Below are positions 17,494-26,992 of a DNA stretch of 60,629 nucleotides, piece after piece. The number at the start of each line of letters is the position of its first letter. The first letter of the stretch is position 1. The stretch is from Yoonia sp. Its GTDB lineage: Archaea; Thermoplasmatota; Poseidoniia; Poseidoniales; Poseidoniaceae. Location: NCBI GenBank assembly GCA_964230945.1, contig CAXRJJ010000034.1, positions 1 through 60,629 on the forward strand, given 5' to 3'. The notes under the pieces were generated by a model, which saw only the letters and a list, made by a program, of their open reading frames with translations, was not told the origin of the DNA and ran no database searches. Both the position numbers and the translations under genes were made by a program.

Positions 17494-18906
17494 TTAGATC
17501 TCAACTTCGATTGTTTTTCCTTCAACCTCTGAACCGTTGAGAGCATCTCTGACGTAAGCTGCTTTGGAGGAATGTACTTCTAGGATACTACCATGAGAAT
17601 CAATGCTGACATCTCCTAATGCCAATTCGGGTAGTTTGATCAATCCCATCGTATGTTCTATCAGACGTCGCTTAGAGATTCCATCTTCACTATTGAGGTT
17701 CAAGCGGAAAGGAACCATTCCAAAGACATCAGCGACTTCGCTCCAATCATCTACTTGGCGCACCGGGTCACGAGATACAGACTCAGGAAGTTCAGGAGTT
17801 TCACAATCTGCAATGTTCAATCCTAAGGTTGAGCGTAATTTATTGATTGTAGGAACATCATTTCGGGTTACGAATGACCAGGCTTCTCCCTTGCGTCCAA
17901 TTCTTCCAGTTCGACCAATTCGGTGTACATAAGAATCCAAATCATCGGGCAAGTCATAGTTGATGACCCTAGAAACATTGTCGACATCCAAGCCTCTTGC
18001 TGCAACATCTGTGGCGATGATGATGTCGAATTCACTATCCTTGAATCCATTGACAACTTTCTCTCTCTTGTTTTGGGGCATGTCTCCATGCAGGCCAGTA
18101 GCAGTAAAGCGGTGTTTGGCTAATCTCTCGACAAGCATGTCAACCATTCTCTTAGTGTTGCAGAAAATGATCGATTGCCCTCCATCTTCTTGACTCAAAA
18201 TCCGTCCTAAGGCCCACAGTTTGTTTGCCCTTCCAACTCGAATGGCTCTTTGTTCTATATCTGGAACATCCAATTCGAATTCGCCACTACTAACATGAAT
18301 GTGCTCAGGCATGAATTCATTGGCCGCATCGAGAATTTCTTGCGGGAAAGTAGCGCTGAACAAAAGGGTCTGTTGGCGATTGCTCATGCGTTCGATTACC
18401 CACATTATATCGGGCATGAAACCCATGTCCAGCATTCGATCGGCTTCATCGAGAATGAAGTGTTGTGGACTTGCCAAGTCTATGTGCCCACGTTTATTCA
18501 TGTCCATTACTCGCCCAGGTGTTCCGACGATGATATCTACTCCAGCGTCGAGTTTCTTGGCTTGTTTATCGATATCTACTCCTCCATAGACACTGATGAT
18601 CTTCAAGCCTTTATCGCCTTGAATAGCACTGAATTCTTCTTTTACTTGACTCGCCAATTCACGAGTAGGTGCTAGAACTAGAGCCTGTAGGGCACCTTTG
18701 GGTTGACATTGTTCTATAATCGGAATTCCGAATGCACCAGTTTTTCCGGAACCAGTTCTTGCTTGTCCGATGACATTGTTACCTTCCCTTGCAGCAGGGA
18801 TTGCCTCAAATTGAATCCATGTAGCGTTCTCCCAGCCTAGTTGGGAAATCCCATTATTGATGGAATCTTCAAAGCCCCAGTCGCTGAATTTCTGTTTGGT
18901 TATCAT
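17494..18906 (-). CDS. DEAD-box ATP-dependent RNA helicase with C-terminal DbpA-like RNA-binding domain
   Basis: Motifs ARTGSGKTGAF, DEAD (LDEADRML), SAT and HRIGRTGRIG, plus a C-terminal ~75-aa RRM-like extension. GGAGG lies upstream of the ATG. Confidence 0.92.
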   Translation of the reverse strand: MITKQKFSDWGFEDSINNGISQLGWENATWIQFEAIPAAREGNNVIGQARTGSGKTGAFGIPIIEQCQPKGALQALVLAPTRELASQVKEEFSAIQGDKGLKIISVYGGVDIDKQAKKLDAGVDIIVGTPGRVMDMNKRGHIDLASPQHFILDEADRMLDMGFMPDIMWVIERMSNRQQTLLFSATFPQEILDAANEFMPEHIHVSSGEFELDVPDIEQRAIRVGRANKLWALGRILSQEDGGQSIIFCNTKRMVDMLVERLAKHRFTATGLHGDMPQNKREKVVNGFKDSEFDIIIATDVAARGLDVDNVSRVINYDLPDDLDSYVHRIGRTGRIGRKGEAWSFVTRNDVPTINKLRSTLGLNIADCETPELPESVSRDPVRQVDDWSEVADVFGMVPFRLNLNSEDGISKRRLIEHTMGLIKLPELALGDVSIDSHGSILEVHSSKAAYVRDALNGSEVEGKTIEVEI

Positions 18907-18966
18907 TTTCTTGCCTCCACTCCGGTTCCTTCACGGGCGCCGAGTGGGGGCGCCCAACAACCTGCA

Positions 18967-19182
18967 TCAGTAGTTCTCGCTCTCAGCCTCTTCCTTCTGG
19001 ATTTCACCCATCCAGTAGCGCTTGGCATTCTCATAGGTCAGAGGACGTCGCTTCTGCCTGACATGTTCTAGGATGTATTGTCTGAACTTGAGCATCTTGG
19101 CACGGTTGATTCCCTTTGGAGTCTGACCTTCCCACAGCCTGTCGAATTGTTCTTCTCGGCCGCTGACACCATCTTCTGACAT
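18967..19182 (-). CDS. Hypothetical small basic protein
   Basis: 71-aa ORF between the HEAT-repeat gene and the helicase on the same strand. No family recognised. Confidence 0.4.
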   Translation of the reverse strand: MSEDGVSGREEQFDRLWEGQTPKGINRAKMLKFRQYILEHVRQKRRPLTYENAKRYWMGEIQKEEAESENY

Positions 19183-19221
19183 TGCTACACCTTCGGTGGG
19201 CCGGCGACCTGAGCGACTTTC

Positions 19222-20457
19222 TTAATCCTGCCGCATCACATCTTGACTATCGGGATTACTAGAATCATTGTTCTTCAACATCTTCTTGGTATCTGTTATC
19301 GCTTCTGGAGGTGGCTTATCTTGCATGCTGGCAATTATCTCTTTGTCTCTTGCAGGAACCGGTTCTGCTGGTGCGAGGAAAGCGTTCTTTGTCGCTTCAT
19401 CTCCTTCGAGTTGTTTGTCAATAATCAGTTCTTCAAGGTCCTTGCGTAATTCTTCCACAGTCTCCTGTTTCAGTAGATCTGTGGCCAGTTCTCTAGCGCT
19501 ATCTTGTGAGTACAACCTCGGAATCATTGCAATGCAGGCTCTGCGTACTGCAACGTCGGCGACACGGCAGCCATCGCTAACCAGATTTTTCAGACGAGTT
19601 GACGAGGAATCTAGTAGATTGAGACACTTCAAAACCTTTGATCGGACCTTTTCATCGCTGTCAAATAGGGCTGATTCAGCCATGAGCAAAGCGACCTTTG
19701 GTTGATTCTCTGCCAATGGCCTTAGAGTGTTAGAGGCTCTTCGTCTTACTTCGTCATCTTCATCCTGTAAGCACCAGAGAATCAAGTCCCAAACCTTTGC
19801 ACCAGATTTCTTCACCAACCTTGTCAATAGGGATGCTGCATCTCTTCTCAGGCTGGTATCTTCTTCTCTAATCAGTCGATCTATATGGTCAGCAGCAACT
19901 TCGGGCCAAGAGTGACACAATGACCGTAGCCCTTTCCACGCTTCATTTCTTCTTGCTCTAATCGTATGTCGAATTTCGATATGTAGTAACGTATCTGTGC
20001 CCGATGGGAAATCTGGAGCCATCTCAGCAAGACATCTTGAAGCTGCTTGACGGACCATGAGGATGTCGTCATCAAGTAGTTCGGCCAATAAATCGAAGAG
20101 GCTATCTGATTGTCTCTGTGCACAAATAGGTAGCACTTCTATAGAAGCCAAGCGAACCTCAGGATTATCAGCAGATAACCCCTCTACCAAAGCATTGTGC
20201 ATCCTTTTCACATCGCTTGAAACTAATCGTGGTAAGGCTCTGATTCCTGCCGGTCTGCCAATTTTCAACTTCCGTCCTTCGTATTGCAACTCAAAGTTAG
20301 GGACTTCAGCCATTGCAAGAGGAATGATCATTTCTTCTGGCATTATGCTCCAAGGCCCTCTTGTCAACTTCTTGACTTGGCGCTGTTTCTGTGGCCGTTC
20401 CTCTCTCTCAAGAGGCCTACCCGTTTGGGGGTGTCTGGCGACATAATCCCTCGACAT
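19222..20457 (-). CDS. HEAT-repeat (PBS-lyase-like) cytoplasmic protein
   Basis: Recurrent ~30-aa units with D/N-x-x-x-VR-x-x-A: NPEVRLASIEVL, DILMVRQAASRCL, DEDDEVRRRASNTL, DSDEKVRSKVLKCL and ADVAVRRACIAMI. No signal peptide. Confidence 0.7.
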   Translation of the reverse strand: MSRDYVARHPQTGRPLEREERPQKQRQVKKLTRGPWSIMPEEMIIPLAMAEVPNFELQYEGRKLKIGRPAGIRALPRLVSSDVKRMHNALVEGLSADNPEVRLASIEVLPICAQRQSDSLFDLLAELLDDDILMVRQAASRCLAEMAPDFPSGTDTLLHIEIRHTIRARRNEAWKGLRSLCHSWPEVAADHIDRLIREEDTSLRRDAASLLTRLVKKSGAKVWDLILWCLQDEDDEVRRRASNTLRPLAENQPKVALLMAESALFDSDEKVRSKVLKCLNLLDSSSTRLKNLVSDGCRVADVAVRRACIAMIPRLYSQDSARELATDLLKQETVEELRKDLEELIIDKQLEGDEATKNAFLAPAEPVPARDKEIIASMQDKPPPEAITDTKKMLKNNDSSNPDSQDVMRQD

Positions 20458-20573
20458 CTATACCACGGCGGGGGCGCGCAACAGGTCCCATGCCATGAAT
20501 GTGTTGTGAATTCGTCAATTAGAAATCAGCATTCAACAAAAAGAAACAAGTCTTCTACCTTAGTCCAACAAAT

Positions 20574-23500
20574 ATGGGCAGACTTCCAATGGTGGCAGCA
20601 TCTTTGGTTTCTGTGATGCTACTTTCGGTCCTGACCCCATTCTATGCAAATGATGAGAGTTTAGAATACGAAACAATTGCAAGTGTTGTAATCAATGAAG
20701 ACAATTGGTCGAGCAATGGTGCCAGTCGTACTGGTTTGAACCTTAGCGAACAGGGGAAACCTTTGCTTGAGCGCCCCGAATTGCAATGGACAATTGTATC
20801 CGGTACCCCGATTGGAGTTACAGGTTCTGCAGCCGTTGCAATCGAGGAATTGAATCAAGTATGGTTCATCGGTGGAAGGGAAGACCCAAATCCGATTCAA
20901 AATAATGACGAGGTTGCATCCAACTCTGTCCACATTTACCATGTTAACAATGATAGTTGGACTACAGGAACTAGTATGCCTAGTGCTCAACAGTATGCAG
21001 GTGCTGAGAGGATTGGAGACAAGGTGCTGGTTTTTGGTGATTGGTGGCCAACAAATAGTAACCCGGTTATAGACGCTACAGGGATGCTGCAGATTTACAA
21101 TATGACTAACCAGACTTGGTATCAGGGGGCATCTTTGCCCGGTGGACATGCTGTGGGCAACGCTGGAGTAACTACGATGGATGGCTATCTCTATGTCTCA
21201 GGTGGCGTCAAGAAGAATACAGGCCAGAATCCCTCCAACAAAACATTTCGATATGATCCGGATATTGACGAATGGATTACTTTGGCTGACATGAATCGCT
21301 CCAGATGGGGCTTGACATTGACCGCTTTTGACGGAAGATTATATGCCATGGGAGGTGCAAACCATACTTCTTCTAGTTGGTGGATTGCACCGGTAGAATA
21401 TGATGATGTAGAGGTCTATGAGCCGAGTAATGATACCTGGTGGGACTTGCCTGACATGCCGAAGACATTGTTCGGACATGCAAGCGTAGTCCTACACGAA
21501 GAGATTCTCATAATAGGAGGAAGGTATGGTTCTAATTCCAAGAAAACATGGGGTTTTGACCCTCATTCAGGAGTATGGCAATATCACGGTGATTTGTCTA
21601 TAGGGATGTTGGATATCACAGCAGCTCAAATTAATGGAACAGTGGTTGCAGGCACAGGTGACCTCTCTACCTATCTCTATTCAACATGGAATGTCATGTA
21701 TTCAAACGAAGTGAATACTGCTGGTAATGTCAGTTGGCATGAAGGCTGGCTAAATTCAGCCTCTATTGATATGAGGCCTGGGACGGAATTCACTTGCCGT
21801 CCGACTTTGTTAGAAATAACCGCTAATACTCCAACTGGTACTCACATAGAGGCACAGATTCGTAGCCACATGCAAGCCGCTGGACTTTCTTCTTCGATGT
21901 GGAAAGGCCCTGATGGTAGCATCTCTAGTTGGTTTGAGCCTGGCAGTACTAATCTACCTTCAGTCGAAGCGAATCATATCGAGTATAGAGTAAGAATGGC
22001 TACAGAGAACCTACAAGAATGGACAATTCCAGAATTGGATAACATCAAGATCGAAGCAGACCATGTTGGGTTCCATCAACCCCCGCCATCAATCATGCAT
22101 CCGCGCGCCGAACCTACTCAGATTGTTACAGGGCACCGCATCTCTACGGGCTCTGTGACTGATGTGCTATGGCTGTCAACAGCCGATGCTGGAGAGCCTT
22201 CTCTTCGAGCCAATCTAAGCAGAACACCTGCTGGGGTTCTCAACATCGATGACCCGCATGGGTTATTGTTAGCTGGAACCAGTGTTGAACTTCTTTCAGT
22301 TGATTCAGGAGGATATAATCTGTCTTGGAATCTAACATTGGCCGATGGAATATCTGCTAGCACCATTCGCTTTGGCACTAATAGTGTCAATAGCACGGGG
22401 GCAATACTGGAGCACTTGTTAACCGATATCACCCAATTGGATGATTATTTGGAAGTGCGGATGTCAGAACTTTTGGCAAGATGGGGAGGTAGTGATTGGT
22501 CGGATTATTCAATCGGTGGAACCATTTCTGATGGAGCGGAGATCAAGGTCTCAGTACTTCCAGTGTTTCCCTCAACCGGTACTGAGCACGATGGTTCAGG
22601 AATTGATACTAGATTATCCGCCTCCCTAATGATGGAAGACGTTTCAGGAACAGTTGGCTGGTGGAATACTTCGACTGAGTGGACCTCTCTTGAATCCAGT
22701 AGAGAACATTCTTTGCAATTACTCCCCGGGAAAAATGGTTCTCTTGAGGTCCAGATCGAGGCAAGGTCAGTATTAACTTACAATATGACTAGCGGGGATG
22801 ACAAGGTAGTTTTGATGGTAGATGATTCAGGACCTATTCTATACGCTAGCAACCCAGAAAACAACTCTTACATTAACGCGCAGTTGGACCGCAATGTTTC
22901 AATTTCTCTTTGGGAACCCGGTGGCTTAAATCTCGACAGCCTTGCTGTGCAAGTTTGGGTGGAAGGCGATAATGATGGCAACGCCACCTCGCCATTGGAT
23001 GGAATTGCTCAGATAGAGGAATTCATCGAAAAACAGTTCACTGTAGAGCAATCTGGAAATTTCGTATTTCTAAACTTCACTGTTGACGATACCTCCAACA
23101 TTGATCACGGTAGAGTGGAAGTGATACTTTCAGGGTATGATATTGTCAACCATCCATTCCCGGAGAATGGTGCAACATCCCCTTTCTTGACTTGGCAGAC
23201 AAGAGATTCACGTACCGCTGTTCTAGAAGGAATCATGCCAAATGGGACTGTTGTGGCAGGTAAGGGTTTGAGGCTAGAACCGGGGGTTAATTCTGGCTGG
23301 ATAATCGAGTTAAGCGATGCTAATTCTCTTACTGACATACAGAAGGTTGAGTTGAGACTTGGAGGAGATTCGCAACTTGGAGTGCGTTGGTTATCGGGGG
23401 GAGAGGGGTGCAATTCCTTGGATGACAGATTAATCAGTGAGAGTATTTCTTGCGTTGCAACCTATTCCGAGGACTCTATGTTATTGGACATTTCATTTGC

Positions 23501-25127
23501 TCCTACATGGCGCATAGATATAACTCAAATTGAGTTGGGGAAAGTAGAGATTTTTGTTGTTGATATCGATGGTAGCGTTTTGCTTGATTCTGATGAAACT
23601 TGGTTTTTGGCAACCGACTTGGTAGTCAGTAATTTGACTATAAATGACATGACTGGTACATATTCTGGAGTATGTGAGAATGGGCATGTATTGGCTCTTG
23701 GGGATACCTTGGAGGTTTCTGCATACATCGAGCATGGTTCTTCCGGCATTGCTATGCAAGGCCTTGTTTTGATGCGTTGGAGTGGAATTATTCACGGCGA
23801 GGATTGGAGCGGGGAACAAGTTGTGGAATTGGTTCAAGGGCAGATGTTGACTCAATTGTTGGACCCGCCACGCGGTGGTCATGGAGAGGTCCAAATCGAG
23901 ATTTTCGATGAGATGGGCTGGCAGAGTCTTGCACAGAGCGAGTCCATTACCCTCGTAGTAGATGCTGAAGATCCAGTATTACTGCCTCCTGCCAGCCATA
24001 CTCCGCCAAGTCGCTACCATCTTTCTTACATCGTAGTGACGGCCAGTATTTCGGATGATGTGGAATTCAGAAACCCTGCAACAGCTGATTGCCAAGTTGT
24101 ATCGGATGGAATCGAATGGCCAGTTGCTTCGGTAACTGCAGAACCTGTAGGGGTATTCGAGGAACGTAGCGTCTATTCATTCCAATTCAATATGAGTGGC
24201 CTTGGTAGACCATCTGATCTTCCTATAGCGGCCCAATTGATATGCTGGGTTGCAGCTACAGATGAATCAGGCCGCTCATTGATGATCGAGGACGGAGGAA
24301 ATAGCAATGAGACTCCTTGGCTCACAATGCCATTGACAAGTAACGGTCCAAATCTTGAGATGTCCAGTTTTACCAGCGACGTATCTAGTGCAGTCATCGG
24401 TGACAGATTCAGAGTATCTATGGTTGTCAACAATGTTGGTGAGCCCGTGGAAGTTCCATTGTTCGTTAACATTACCATGACCTCGCCAGATGGTGTTGTA
24501 ATGGCGGGATGGAGCGAAACGAGATCGGGTGGCCTAGCAGTCAATGGAATCTGGACAATAACAATTGATTTGTGGCCTGAACAGACTGGGGAGTGGATAT
24601 TCACTGCTACTATTGATCCATTTGATGAGGTTGCAGAATTGAATGAGGGCGACAATAATCTATCTATTACCGTGTCTTTGGATGCTAAGCCAGAAGGGTT
24701 CCTTTCTAGCATCAAGACTCCAGCGATTTGGACCTCCATCGCTTTGGTAGTGCTGCTGTTATCTGCAATGTTGATTCGTCGTCTCAGTTTCTCCGAAGAG
24801 TCAGAAATCGAGTTTGATGAGGAACCTGTTCCTGAAGAAACAGTTACTCCGGCCCAGCCGATTTTTGAGCCATTGGTTTCGGCTCCACCTGTCTCTCAGC
24901 AATCTCAACATAGGGCAAACGCAGCACTAGACAGTCTATTGGTTGAGAACAAGGCTGTTGAGGAGACAAATTCGGGGATACCTCCGATAGGCTCCCATGT
25001 TGCAGATTGGCAAGGTCTTGCTTGGGCTGGAGAGTATCAATATGATGCGGAAGGAACATGGTACTCAGGGCCTGATTGTGGAAGATGGAAACAGAATGAA
25101 GACGGTAGTTTCACGCGGCATTCCTAA
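20574..25127 (+). CDS. Giant Kelch-repeat surface protein (signal peptide, beta-propeller, Ig/CARDB-like domains, single TM, ~116-aa cytoplasmic tail)
   Basis: Signal peptide MGRLPMVAASLVSVMLLSVLTPFYA. Six Kelch-like blades: VWFIGGRED, VLVFGDWW, YLYVSGGVKK, RLYAMGGANH, ILIIGGRYG and TVVAGTGD. A membrane-proximal CARDB-like LNEGDNNLSITVSL is followed by the TM AIWTSIALVVLLLSAMLI and then RRLSF.... Confidence 0.8.
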   Translation: MGRLPMVAASLVSVMLLSVLTPFYANDESLEYETIASVVINEDNWSSNGASRTGLNLSEQGKPLLERPELQWTIVSGTPIGVTGSAAVAIEELNQVWFIGGREDPNPIQNNDEVASNSVHIYHVNNDSWTTGTSMPSAQQYAGAERIGDKVLVFGDWWPTNSNPVIDATGMLQIYNMTNQTWYQGASLPGGHAVGNAGVTTMDGYLYVSGGVKKNTGQNPSNKTFRYDPDIDEWITLADMNRSRWGLTLTAFDGRLYAMGGANHTSSSWWIAPVEYDDVEVYEPSNDTWWDLPDMPKTLFGHASVVLHEEILIIGGRYGSNSKKTWGFDPHSGVWQYHGDLSIGMLDITAAQINGTVVAGTGDLSTYLYSTWNVMYSNEVNTAGNVSWHEGWLNSASIDMRPGTEFTCRPTLLEITANTPTGTHIEAQIRSHMQAAGLSSSMWKGPDGSISSWFEPGSTNLPSVEANHIEYRVRMATENLQEWTIPELDNIKIEADHVGFHQPPPSIMHPRAEPTQIVTGHRISTGSVTDVLWLSTADAGEPSLRANLSRTPAGVLNIDDPHGLLLAGTSVELLSVDSGGYNLSWNLTLADGISASTIRFGTNSVNSTGAILEHLLTDITQLDDYLEVRMSELLARWGGSDWSDYSIGGTISDGAEIKVSVLPVFPSTGTEHDGSGIDTRLSASLMMEDVSGTVGWWNTSTEWTSLESSREHSLQLLPGKNGSLEVQIEARSVLTYNMTSGDDKVVLMVDDSGPILYASNPENNSYINAQLDRNVSISLWEPGGLNLDSLAVQVWVEGDNDGNATSPLDGIAQIEEFIEKQFTVEQSGNFVFLNFTVDDTSNIDHGRVEVILSGYDIVNHPFPENGATSPFLTWQTRDSRTAVLEGIMPNGTVVAGKGLRLEPGVNSGWIIELSDANSLTDIQKVELRLGGDSQLGVRWLSGGEGCNSLDDRLISESISCVATYSEDSMLLDISFAPTWRIDITQIELGKVEIFVVDIDGSVLLDSDETWFLATDLVVSNLTINDMTGTYSGVCENGHVLALGDTLEVSAYIEHGSSGIAMQGLVLMRWSGIIHGEDWSGEQVVELVQGQMLTQLLDPPRGGHGEVQIEIFDEMGWQSLAQSESITLVVDAEDPVLLPPASHTPPSRYHLSYIVVTASISDDVEFRNPATADCQVVSDGIEWPVASVTAEPVGVFEERSVYSFQFNMSGLGRPSDLPIAAQLICWVAATDESGRSLMIEDGGNSNETPWLTMPLTSNGPNLEMSSFTSDVSSAVIGDRFRVSMVVNNVGEPVEVPLFVNITMTSPDGVVMAGWSETRSGGLAVNGIWTITIDLWPEQTGEWIFTATIDPFDEVAELNEGDNNLSITVSLDAKPEGFLSSIKTPAIWTSIALVVLLLSAMLIRRLSFSEESEIEFDEEPVPEETVTPAQPIFEPLVSAPPVSQQSQHRANAALDSLLVENKAVEETNSGIPPIGSHVADWQGLAWAGEYQYDAEGTWYSGPDCGRWKQNEDGSFTRHS

Positions 25128-25140
25128 TGATAGAATGATT

Positions 25141-25680
25141 TCACCATTCTTCGGCATGCATCTGTACAATCGGGTTATTCTCGTAACGTAAATGCAACCA
25201 CGCGGTGTAAACCTCCTCGACTTCTGGTATCTCATCTGCAAGTTTGGGTATACGGTTGTTGAATTTCTTCTGGAAGGAATTGCTATTTGTTCCTAGTTCT
25301 TTTTGAATGTCCCTGAGGCCGAAGTAATCTCCTCTCTCCACGCTTCTTACCAGATATCTGAAAGCATCTCCAAGACCAGAAGAACGCATTCTATCATGAA
25401 CCATTATCGCCCGCGAGACTACGGTTGGTGTGCTTCCTTGTTCAGCATGCTTACGCAACGCCTTCAACAGTCTATTGACTCCCTCTTCATCGGACAAATC
25501 ATTGGGTATTCTTTCATCATTGTTGGTCATCTCCACCATGCCTTTGTTGGAGACACCAGGGTATTTGCGAACCAGTTGATATATCGCCCGCAGTTCCGCT
25601 GGGACCTTGTTTCTCGTCCCCAATTTCCGATTCGCCACGTCAATTCGTACCAGTCGATACGGTTGAATGCAACGGTGCAT
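25141..25680 (-). CDS. Hypothetical protein with HTH-like segments
   Basis: 179-aa ORF. Possible HTH in GLRDIQKELGTNSNSFQKKF. No family recognised. Confidence 0.4.
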   Translation of the reverse strand: MHRCIQPYRLVRIDVANRKLGTRNKVPAELRAIYQLVRKYPGVSNKGMVEMTNNDERIPNDLSDEEGVNRLLKALRKHAEQGSTPTVVSRAIMVHDRMRSSGLGDAFRYLVRSVERGDYFGLRDIQKELGTNSNSFQKKFNNRIPKLADEIPEVEEVYTAWLHLRYENNPIVQMHAEEW

Positions 25681-25706
25681 TCTCTTTGTAGGGGATATTT
25701 CGATAT

Positions 25707-26309
25707 GTGACTGGCCTTGGCCACATCATGCCCGAGGTCCGCTGGTCCAGATTTGTACTATCAGGTACAGAGTTGTTACCCGGACAAGTTGGAATTTCAT
25801 CACCACAATTGTCTAGACTGGATTGCATGATTGAAATCCGTAGAAGCGGTGATTCAATTCTACCTATAGAGGCGCTCAAGGAATTGGCTGGGCGCTGCAA
25901 AAGCCTGATGGTTGACCCGCACACATTTGATCATCAAGAGTTGATAGATTGCTTGATGCTTGGCTCTTCGCTCGTATGTATAGACCATCGCGCTGATGTC
26001 AAACACTTGCAATTGGCTCATGCCTCTTCTGCAAACATTGTCGTTAAGTTAGAACTAGATGCTGAGATGCTCGAAGAACCGGAAGAGCATTTCAATCGCT
26101 TGCGAGAGTTGTCGTCCCAAGTTGGAGATTTCATGCTTGTCAAGACTAGATTGCCGGGTATTCTAGAGGAATGGTGGGAATCTTTACCGCGCTCGATCAG
26201 GAATTCATGGAGGTGGATTATGGCTCCTGCAGAAGGTCAAACGCTACCTCTGTCTCATTCTCGCCGCATTCATTCTTGGGCAGTTAGTGGTGATCTATTT
26301 CTCCGCTAA
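25707..26309 (+). CDS. Hypothetical protein
   Basis: 200-aa ORF with a GTG start (in-frame ATG at 25728). No family recognised. Confidence 0.3.
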   Translation: MTGLGHIMPEVRWSRFVLSGTELLPGQVGISSPQLSRLDCMIEIRRSGDSILPIEALKELAGRCKSLMVDPHTFDHQELIDCLMLGSSLVCIDHRADVKHLQLAHASSANIVVKLELDAEMLEEPEEHFNRLRELSSQVGDFMLVKTRLPGILEEWWESLPRSIRNSWRWIMAPAEGQTLPLSHSRRIHSWAVSGDLFLR

Positions 26310-26361
26310 ATTACTGACCTTTCAATTTCAATTCGAAAGCACTAGAATAATGCCTAGCAAC

Positions 26362-26379
26362 ACAAGTGCTCGTGCCGGG
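26362..26379 (-). repeat. 18-nt exact duplicate of the tRNA-Glu 3' end (13 nt) plus 5 nt of trailer
   Basis: ACAAGTGCTCGTGCCGGG occurs at 26362..26379 and again at 26486..26503. The second copy overlaps the 3' acceptor/T-arm of tRNA-Glu. Confidence 0.9.
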
Positions 26380-26490
26380 CCAGCGTTATGGACTGAGAAC
26401 CAACCAGCATCAAAGACCATCATCAGGCACTACATATCGAAGGAAGGACGCGGCAAGGCAAGATCACGAAATAATACTCAGAGATACAAG

Positions 26491-26563
26491 TGCTCGTGCC
26501 GGGATTTGAACCCGGGTCGAAGGCTCGAGAGGCCTTCATGATGGGCCGCTACACCACACGAGC
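26491..26563 (-). tRNA. tRNA-Glu (anticodon CUC)
   Basis: Folded by hand on the reverse complement: acceptor GCTCGTG/CACGAGC, anticodon stem AAGGC/GCCTT, loop CTCTCGA (CUC), T-arm CCGGG-TTCAAAT-CCCGG, discriminator A. 73 nt; CCA not encoded. Confidence 0.9.
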
Positions 26564-26629
26564 AGAGCGTAATCCGGCCGAATCGGCCCCACTCTTTAAG
26601 GAAGACGATGCCAATAGGTCAGTCTTCAG

Positions 26630-26700
26630 TTTCACTTCAAAATTGAAAGTGAAAATGTGTTACTGAGGACTTGCTATATCTTCACTCTCACTTCACTCTC
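26630..26700 (+). promoter_or_regulatory. Cluster of TTCACT motifs around a TATA-like element upstream of a small two-gene operon (putative operator/promoter)
   Basis: An inverted pair TTTCACTT(26630..26637)/AAGTGAAA(26647..26654) is separated by a 9-nt spacer. A TATATC element lies at 26675..26680. The direct repeat CTTCACTCTC occurs at 26680..26689 and 26691..26700 (11-bp period). The ATG at 26717 follows. Confidence 0.4.
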
Positions 26701-26716
26701 CCCTGTTTCCATTGAT

Positions 26717-26992
26717 ATGTGGAAGGAAGAAACAGCAACCATGACGAGAAAGGGGATGGACCAACTCGAAGAGCTGGGCTTTGAACAATTGAAGCCGTCA
26801 ACCACCGAAACGCAAGATATGCCAAAATGGGGCATGGTGAATGTGCACCTTGTTACTGCAGATGGGCGAATGCCTGATAATGCTGGAGCCATGCATTGGC
26901 GAGTCTCATCTTGGCCGATTTCTAAGGCGAGTACTAGGAAAGCAACTTGGGAGCATTTGATCGACAGAGTGCGCGGAGGCGGAATAGCGTGA
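26717..26992 (+). CDS. Hypothetical small protein
   Basis: 91 aa from the first ATG (MWKEETATMTRKG...); the track start at 26657 is a GTG inside the repeat cluster. No family recognised. Confidence 0.4.
   Translation: MWKEETATMTRKGMDQLEELGFEQLKPSTTETQDMPKWGMVNVHLVTADGRMPDNAGAMHWRVSSWPISKASTRKATWEHLIDRVRGGGIA

Noticed and set aside
20661-24739. Multiple 60-190-aa antisense ORFs inside the Kelch gene, with similar ones inside the subtilase and WD40/TSP3 genes
   Set aside because: They are embedded in long ORFs with strong domain evidence and have no independent signals. They are the expected shadow ORFs of long genes.
26287-26541. 84-aa ORF spanning the tRNA-Glu gene, and the similar 39970..40200 ORF over tRNA-His
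   Set aside because: Both overlap well-folded tRNA genes, start at GTG and show no protein-like features.
26593-26599. CTTTAAG (TTAAAG on the tRNA strand) as a TATA box for tRNA-Glu
   Set aside because: It lies 30-36 nt upstream of the mature 5' end, so it is plausible. However, it is a single weak match with no BRE, which is too little to call.
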